Below the pieces are notes generated by a model, which worked only from the letters and a program-made list of their open reading frames with translations, had not been told where the DNA came from and made no database searches. A stretch of DNA of 64,000 bases from NCBI GenBank assembly GCA_963799845.1, contig CAWCYI010000004.1, positions 672,001 to 736,000 on the forward strand, in the 5' to 3' direction. Numbering within the stretch: the stretch's first letter is position 1; the number at the start of each line of letters is the position of its first letter. This DNA comes from an uncultured Nitrososphaerota archaeon (GTDB lineage: Archaea; Thermoproteota; Nitrososphaeria; Nitrososphaerales; CADDZS01). The translations under genes were made by a program, and so were the position numbers. Of this stretch, positions 59,652 to 64,000 are shown piece after piece.

Positions 59652-59798
59652 TTACTTTTCCATCCCATGTGAAACGGTGAGATGCATTTCGTAGTTCCTG
59701 ATTTCGGCGACATTGAAACTCTCAACCCTTCTCTTTGCAACGAGGCACGCTGGACACGGCATCGCAACGGACTCGAAGTGCGTATTAGAGAATGTCAA
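59652..59798 (-). CDS. Small C2H2-like zinc-finger protein (48 aa)
   Basis: TTG-MTFSNTHFESVAMPCPAC...YEMHLTVSHGMEK; likely the real 3' part of the 59652..60221 ORF. Confidence 0.5.
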   Translation of the reverse strand: MTFSNTHFESVAMPCPACLVAKRRVESFNVAEIRNYEMHLTVSHGMEK

Positions 59799-59914
59799 AC
59801 CTGATCTGGTCGTACAGATCTCGGATCCTGTCCTAATTAAACAGGCTATGAGCGTTTCCGCTATATTCTTGATCAGATGTGTTGCTTGATATATCCTAGA
59901 GTCTTGCCGAAAAA

Positions 59915-60862
59915 TTACACTTCGTTTTCTACGTAAAGAGATCTGATTTCGGAGGCAATCTTCTCGATTGCGTCTCGACCCTCTTGAAAATACCCCGGTA
60001 GTTGAACGAATCCATGGACCGTTCCGGGATAGTCGAGGAGTTTGGTCTTGACCCCCGAATGCTCTAATTTTTTCGCGTATTCGAGATCTTGGTCTCTCAA
60101 CGGATCGCATTCGGCGGTTACTACGATGGCAGAAGGCAATCCGTGCAGGTCTCCGTATTGAGGAGATACAAGAGGATCCTTCATCTCGAAATCGTGTTTC
60201 AGGTAATTTCGGCCGAACCACTCCATAGCCTCTTTGGAAAGGCCGAATTTGTACTTTGAGTACTCTGACAAGTCACTGGTGAGGTCAGTAATGGGATAGA
60301 TCAGTACCTGAGCCGCAATCTGAGGGCCGTTCTTTTCTTTCGCCATCAGTGAGACCGCAGCAGCCAGATTCCCTCCCGCGCTGTCTCCTCCTACGATGAT
60401 CGTGTCTTTATCTCCCTCAAGAAATTCAGCGTTGTCAGCAGCCCACTTTGTCACCGAGTAACAATCATGCAATCCGGCTGGAAACTTGTTAACGGGAGCC
60501 AGTCGATAGTTCACAGAAATCACGATCGACTCCGAGCGGTTCGCGAGCATCGAGCATAGTTCGTCATAGAGATCGAGTTTCCCGACGACCCAACCACCTC
60601 CGTGGAAGTAGACGATAATTGGAAACATGTCTTGCTCGTCTCCCGAAGACTTGGGCCAGTAGACCCTAACCGGTATTTCCGAAAGACCTTCATGAATCGT
60701 GTGGTTTTCTATCTTCTCGACAGTCTCCGGTTTCGTCAAGAATGGTAGGGTGATTCGTTCTTCCTCTTTCCTTGCGTCCTCAGCCGTAAGTTCAGAAATA
60801 TCCCGCGCGCCAATTGAATTCAACTTGTCTGCCCACTCAAGGGCTTTGGGGCTCGCCGTCAT
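59915..60862 (-). CDS. HSL-family alpha/beta hydrolase (esterase)
   Basis: HGGGW, YRLAP, GDSAGGNL, DPLRD, HGF. Confidence 0.95.
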   Translation of the reverse strand: MTASPKALEWADKLNSIGARDISELTAEDARKEEERITLPFLTKPETVEKIENHTIHEGLSEIPVRVYWPKSSGDEQDMFPIIVYFHGGGWVVGKLDLYDELCSMLANRSESIVISVNYRLAPVNKFPAGLHDCYSVTKWAADNAEFLEGDKDTIIVGGDSAGGNLAAAVSLMAKEKNGPQIAAQVLIYPITDLTSDLSEYSKYKFGLSKEAMEWFGRNYLKHDFEMKDPLVSPQYGDLHGLPSAIVVTAECDPLRDQDLEYAKKLEHSGVKTKLLDYPGTVHGFVQLPGYFQEGRDAIEKIASEIRSLYVENEV

Positions 60863-60929
60863 TTCATTCGCGGATTCAGCCCGTTTGATTATTATTACTA
60901 TTGGGAGATCCTAGAAAAGTCGAGACATT

Positions 60930-61934
60930 TCATACAGTTTTGCGGAATAACTTCATCTCAATTTCGCCGTGAAGTTTCTCACCTGCTTTCAGCACGACCG
61001 CGGTTCCATCGCGGATCTGATTTTGAAGGCCCGTCGTGTTTGTGGTCGTCGTCGGTTCAAGCGCGAGCGTGTGGGCTCTACCAAAGTATGGGTAGTCCAG
61101 GATTCCCCAGTTCAGCCAGTACCAGAGGTACGGAAATGCGCTGTTCCACGAAAGTTCTACGCCAAGGTCGAGAGAGGGATTGTACAAAGTGTATGATGGT
61201 GAGCGGAGTTCGGTGATGGGGAAATCTTCCTGGACTCGCAGGCTCTTGTCGGGGATTTTGGTGAGGTCTACCTTCCTGCCGTCGAGACCCGGAGCCATTG
61301 GCCAGTCGAAGGGGACGTTCCTCTTGATCCTTTCATGTGACATTTCGTATCCGTGCGTTACTGCCCTAACTGCCGAGATGTCGATTTGGAGATCTGATGA
61401 GATGAACGGCTCCCCGTAGGCGATGTGTTGCGCCCACGAGAGCTCGATTCCCTGTTCTGCGGTGTTGATGATGTCCTCTGAAACTGTGAGTTTTGATCCT
61501 TCCAAGCTCAGAGTCTTTTCTGCCCGCAGGGGATAACGGAGGCAATTCAACGACAAGTGGGAAGTTACTTTGCCGTCGGTGACTTGAAATCCTGTGCATG
61601 ACCAAGGCAGGAGCGCGCTCTCTCCGTGCGATCCGAATTTCGTTCCCCTGTTGGACGAAGCGAAACCATAGTTGGGAAAGACGTCGTTCCACCCGCCGCC
61701 GTAATTGTCGGAAAATGCGCTGTCCTGATTCGATATTCTCTCGATATGAGTTTTTGGATCCTTGTAACCGTTGGGCGAATGCCAGATCACGTCGATGTCG
61801 AGCGGCTTGTAGATCACCTGGAATATGTCCGATCCCTTGTCGAGTAAAACCGAAATTTTCGCGACGTCGGTCTCGAGGATCAGCGTCTTCATTCCTTTGT
61901 AAGTCCAGTCAAGCGAACCGAAAGCTTCGCCCAT
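60930..61934 (-). CDS. Aldose 1-epimerase-like (DUF4432-type) protein
   Basis: GSDIFQ, YGGGWNDVFPN, HGESALLPW, WAQH, LALEP. Confidence 0.82.
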   Translation of the reverse strand: MGEAFGSLDWTYKGMKTLILETDVAKISVLLDKGSDIFQVIYKPLDIDVIWHSPNGYKDPKTHIERISNQDSAFSDNYGGGWNDVFPNYGFASSNRGTKFGSHGESALLPWSCTGFQVTDGKVTSHLSLNCLRYPLRAEKTLSLEGSKLTVSEDIINTAEQGIELSWAQHIAYGEPFISSDLQIDISAVRAVTHGYEMSHERIKRNVPFDWPMAPGLDGRKVDLTKIPDKSLRVQEDFPITELRSPSYTLYNPSLDLGVELSWNSAFPYLWYWLNWGILDYPYFGRAHTLALEPTTTTNTTGLQNQIRDGTAVVLKAGEKLHGEIEMKLFRKTV

Positions 61935-62024
61935 GTGCGCAGCTGGTCTGAAGAATGGGTTAAACCCTTTCTCTGGCGTCCTAGACAGACTTAAATAAAC
62001 AGCCGGGTTCGTGAATGAATCGAA

Positions 62025-62402
62025 ATGCCCAAGCAGGTCATTAAATCGGACAATGCTCCAAAGCCGGGAGGCCCCTATTCACAAGGAATACTCGCGGAAA
62101 AGTTTCTTTTCGTCGCAGGACAGACAGGGACCGATCCAAAGTCGGGAAAGTTGCCAGATGGTGTCGAAGCCCAGACGAGGCAGACGCTTGAAAATATAAA
62201 GGCGGTCGTCGAAGCCGCAGGTGCCACGCTTGACAACGTTGTTAGGGTCGGAGTCTATCTTACCGATATCAAGAATTTCGGCGCGATGAACGAGGTTTAC
62301 AAGACATATTTCACGCAAAATCAGCCGGCCCGGTCAACAATACAGGCCGCGCTCGTGGGGCAGTACCTCGTAGAGATCGACTGTATCGTTTTAAAGCCCT
62401 GA
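62025..62402 (+). CDS. ridA: RidA/YjgF family imine deaminase
   Basis: GPYSQ, VAGQ, QTLENI, MNEVY, PARS, VEIDCI. Confidence 0.93.
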   Translation: MPKQVIKSDNAPKPGGPYSQGILAEKFLFVAGQTGTDPKSGKLPDGVEAQTRQTLENIKAVVEAAGATLDNVVRVGVYLTDIKNFGAMNEVYKTYFTQNQPARSTIQAALVGQYLVEIDCIVLKP

Positions 62403-62593
62403 TTTCCAGAAAGTCGATCGATTACGATCTCGAATAGAGACTTTCAGACCCAAATGTGTTCGCGCTTCGAATACCTGGGCTAGCTCGCTTTCCCTATTCG
62501 TAACAGGGCCCCCAAAACGAGCTGAATTAGCTTTAGGCCTTTAGAGGAAAAGCGCTAAAGCGCCCACGGGCAATCTCAGTTATCAAAGCACTC

Positions 62594-63178
62594 ATGGAAG
62601 GGGATGATAGCACTGCATTATTGCAGACACATAACCTCTCGGTCACTTACGAGTCGGTCGGCGGAGATGTTAGGGCGCTTAGTGACGTTTCGTTCAAAGT
62701 AGGCCAAAAAGAATTCGTCGCCATCGTCGGTGAGTCTGGCGCCGGAAAGAGCACTCTCGCTCTAGCAATCATAGGACTGCTGGGTAATACTACTATAAAG
62801 GGCGACATTATTTACAGAGGAAAGGATCTGTCTACACTTTCGAGGAAGGAGTGGAATAAGTACCGAGGAACGGAAATCGGAATGATTTTCCAAGAACCCC
62901 TGAGCTCCCTCAACCCGATCGAAAAAATTGGAAATCAAATTGACGAGGCTATTAAAATTGGCAAATCTCGAGAGGGCCTTAAGAAAGAACTCAGGGTGCA
63001 TAATTATTCGCCAACAGGATTGGTCTCCTCAATGCCCCAACAAGAATACTCTCACCTCGTAAACGTCCCCGGCCTGTCAAGAGCCTCTTCATCCTTGAAA
63101 CCTGAGGCGAAAGAAGAAGTCCTTCAGTGGTTTAGAAAAGTCAGAATTCCCGATCCGGAAAACGCAGAAATGCTATGA
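62594..63178 (+). pseudogene. Truncated OppD/DppD-type ABC ATPase
   Basis: Walker A GESGAGKS and IFQEPLSSLNP are present. It stops after RIPDPE, before the signature and Walker B motifs, and I found no continuation in other frames. Confidence 0.8.
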
Positions 63179-63225
63179 TGCCCTAAGTGAAAAGGTTTGC
63201 GAGGTACGGGATTCTGACACGAGTA

Positions 63226-63278
63226 TACTAGTAAATCCCGAGTGTGGAATGTGGGACCCCCGCACGAATTTACTAGTA
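63226..63278. repeat. 11-bp perfect inverted repeat / stem-loop just after the truncation
   Basis: TACTAGTAAAT...ATTTACTAGTA, with inner GTGTGG/CCGCAC pairing. Confidence 0.6.
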
Positions 63279-63617
63279 AAAAATTGCCAAATTAGGATGG
63301 GATTCCAACCTAACTTGGTTCAATTCTAACTCCCGGGACCTCTGTTCGTATCTCGGCTCTGATTGCAGAGTACCTCATGTTAATACGAGCGACAAACTGT
63401 CGCTAGCCAAAATGATGAGATTTTTTCACATCCGTCAGGGGGACTTGAAGCCGCTAACGGAGCTATCCAAGTCAGAATCTCAAACTTTGGATTATTAGAA
63501 ACTCATCGTGCTGCATTGATCATCCGTCTCAAATGACTACTACGCGACGAGGGTATCAGTGTTCAAGTCTCTAACCCCGAAGAAGGTCGACGCAACATCT
63601 CTCCTGCTATGTTGTAT

Positions 63618-64000
63618 CTAGCCGAATGTTACAGTGTTGATGAGGGGCATCGTACTCATTCCACCCCAGACAGGGTCGAGGTAAAAGCTATTGATTACGC
63701 CCTTTTGCCACACTATTGAACCGGAAACATCGAAGAGCTTGTCCCAGCCAAGCCAAGCGTAAGGCGCGTCGTTATAGATTTGGCCCTGGGCTATCTGGCA
63801 AAGGCCTTGTATGTCCGAAAGATTGCCATTAGAGACCATCGCATCCACGCAGGCCTGAACCTTCGGATTGTTATATCCGGCAAAGTTTCCCCAAGCCGAC
63901 ACATTACTCACGAACGAAACCCAGTCATCGACTGGAGTTTGTGCAGACGGTGCCCAATCCTCTCCGCCCAAGAGGCTGAGTTGCCCCTCCTGTTGTGCGT
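63618..64000 (-). CDS. C-terminus of a family 5 (OppA/DppA-like) substrate-binding protein; start lies outside the window
   Basis: DWAP...NFAGYNNPKV...AQGQIYNDAPYAWL. Confidence 0.8.
   Translation of the reverse strand, partial: AQQEGQLSLLGGEDWAPSAQTPVDDWVSFVSNVSAWGNFAGYNNPKVQACVDAMVSNGNLSDIQGLCQIAQGQIYNDAPYAWLGWDKLFDVSGSIVWQKGVINSFYLDPVWGGMSTMPLINTVTFG

Overview
This looks like archaeal chromosomal DNA, probably from a non-ammonia-oxidising Nitrososphaerota/Thaumarchaeota-like lineage. That is an inference from AbrB-PhoU, TrmB, archaeal-type Asd and PdaD, a class III signal peptide and heavy TTG start usage. The window holds amino-acid metabolism genes (thrC, asd, a Cys/Met PLP enzyme, two Thr/Ser dehydratases, pdaD, ridA), a glycosylation cluster, an MMPL transporter, a form I Mo-Cu CO dehydrogenase cluster (coxMSL divergent from coxDEF), uvrBAC, an M16 peptidase pair, and many small membrane or Zn-finger ORFs. 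The most striking feature is missed by the ORF track. A ~2.5 kb island between coxD and coxM carries a decayed thioredoxin/glutaredoxin-fold gene whose CxxC active site (C-P-L-C) is interrupted by a ~360-aa LAGLIDADG intein (31284..32369, minus strand; CPL|CFPRG...THN|CPPF). This arrangement resembles a natural redox-trap intein. The island also has a non-coding array of ATGTT-type repeats. Several otherwise intact genes carry single-base frameshifts that look like assembly errors. I recognised no rRNA, tRNA or CRISPR array. All calls come from reading motifs by eye; no searches were run.
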